A stretch of 64,000 nucleotides of DNA from contig NW_018404269.1 of assembly GCF_002113885.1 (NCBI RefSeq), positions 806,028-870,027 of the forward strand. Direction: 5' to 3'. This DNA comes from Mizuhopecten yessoensis (lineage: Eukaryota). The position numbers and the translations under genes were made by a program. The first letter of the stretch is position 1. The number at the start of each line of letters is the position of its first letter. Shown one piece after another: positions 62,622 to 64,000 of this stretch. The notes below the pieces were generated by a model. It made no database searches, was not told the DNA's origin, and was given only the letters and a program-made list of their open reading frames with translations.

Positions 62622-63431
62622 GTAAGTAAACCGAACCTGATAGGTATGGTGGTGGTTTATTCTTTAACAAACAAAAAACAAAAAAACAAAAGTAGGACTG
62701 CAACAAAGATTGAACACGTCAAAATCGCTTAGCATGTTAAAGTAATTTAGATTTGTGCAAATACTATTTTAACCCTTATCATAGGGACAGTAATTTAAAA
62801 TTTAAAAAAACCACACTTTTATACTGGGAAATGTTCGCCGAAATTCACTTTCGCCGTTTTCGCCCTCCGTAATAGGGCGAATAGGCAGCGAACACCAGTA
62901 AAAACCATATCAATCATAGCCATCAATGTTTAAGGGCGAAATTAGCACTAGGTTAATATGGACTTAACCGGCGTAGGGTAAAACGATTAATGGGTGAAGG
63001 GTTCCGATGTACCATATGTTGCACGATCTAGACTAATATATGACGTATTGCTAACCAATTGTCGTAGGTTATATGTTGTGGGGAAAGCGTGATACTGTAA
63101 CTGGTGTTATCTAACTAGGAGCCCAATTAAAAAGTTATATTATATGACTCTTTGTTGTAGTTATAATCAAAGACAACAAGTTGAAGTTACTTCATAAAAA
63201 AACCAAGCGAGATGTTTTTTTCACAAATTTCCAGTTGAAGTGATTTAACAAGAACAGCAAAAGCTAGATAACAAGGCCTCTAAATGTATTTTACAGAGAC
63301 TTATGAAAAGTTAGTTGAACGGATCTATAGTTGAAATATACACAAGTCACGTAGCTAGGACACCAACACCATGGACAAATATGCTATGATTAACAGTCTT
63401 TTTTAACTGATAACTTTGTGTTCTGTATCAG

Positions 63432-63613
63432 GCGTAACTACATACTGGCCCGGTCAAACGCCTTTTTTGGGCAAGGAAATAGGTCGATGCCAATCTGGTT
63501 AGACGATGTTGCGTGTACTGGAGCAGAAACAGCGCTAGAGAGCTGTCACCTGAAACCCTGGGGACAACAGAACTGTCGCCACGGCGAGGATGTAGGAGTG
63601 GACTGTAACGCTG
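63432..63613 (+). CDS. SRCR-domain protein, exon 3 (second half of a 6-Cys group-A SRCR domain); the gene continues beyond the window
   Basis: tatcag|RNYILARSNAFFGQGNRSMPIWLDDVACTGAETALESCHLKPWGQQNCRHGEDVGVDCNA|gtaagg, phase 2-1. Confidence 0.95.
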
Positions 63614-63946
63614 GTAAGGGGTTGTATACGTAATTGTTACATATAAGCCTGTATGCATTGCTGTACACTATATTATCACATACTGTACTGTGTTATCCAG
63701 TGAATATAACCATGTCATATTTCTTTGCGTATCAACCCATGTTATATGACCTATCAGCCCTGTGATTGGTTGTAAGTTTCCTTGGACAAGTACATGACGC
63801 CCTGACTTACGCACTGGAGTCATAATGGTGGCTTTTTACATTTCAAGGTTGCATGACAATTGTCGTTGTACACGAATAGATGCCACAAATCTTGATTATG
63901 TGATAAAAAAGGATATTGCAGTCGTTTCATTTTATAGGAACTTGAT

Positions 63947-63983
63947 GAAACTCGTCACGAAGTTTTCCTTCGTGACGAGTTTC
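63947..63983. repeat. Perfect 16-bp stem-loop
   Basis: GAAACTCGTCACGAAG ttttc CTTCGTGACGAGTTTC. Confidence 0.9.
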
Positions 63984-64000
63984 TTAAAAATTCTTAGATT

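Overview
AT-rich eukaryotic (animal) genomic DNA with spliced genes, dense repeats and three N-gaps (923-945, 16251, 23953). The repeat types suggest a bivalve mollusc, which is inference only. Four protein-coding genes were rebuilt by hand from GT-AG exons: the 5' part of COQ4 (- strand), a complete two-exon DNLZ (+, 200 aa), a six-coding-exon SLC16/MCT-family transporter (+, 598 aa) and the 5' part of a secreted group-A SRCR protein (+). COQ4 and DNLZ are head-to-head with only 84 bp between their start codons. Between and within the genes are CR1- and RTE-like LINE remnants, MITE-like DNA elements (Mutator-, Harbinger-, Tc1- and Kolobok-type), a decayed Academ-like transposase and many minisatellites. 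The most unusual items are: a 321-bp LTR element with tRNA-derived LTRs; a TSD-flanked inverted element carrying minimal hammerhead-ribozyme motifs and an 82-nt hairpin inside the DNLZ intron; and three minisatellites whose units contain RNA-processing or transcription signals (AG|GTAAGT, AATAAA, CRE). No prokaryotic system or CRISPR array is present. All identifications come from motif recognition by eye, not from database searches.
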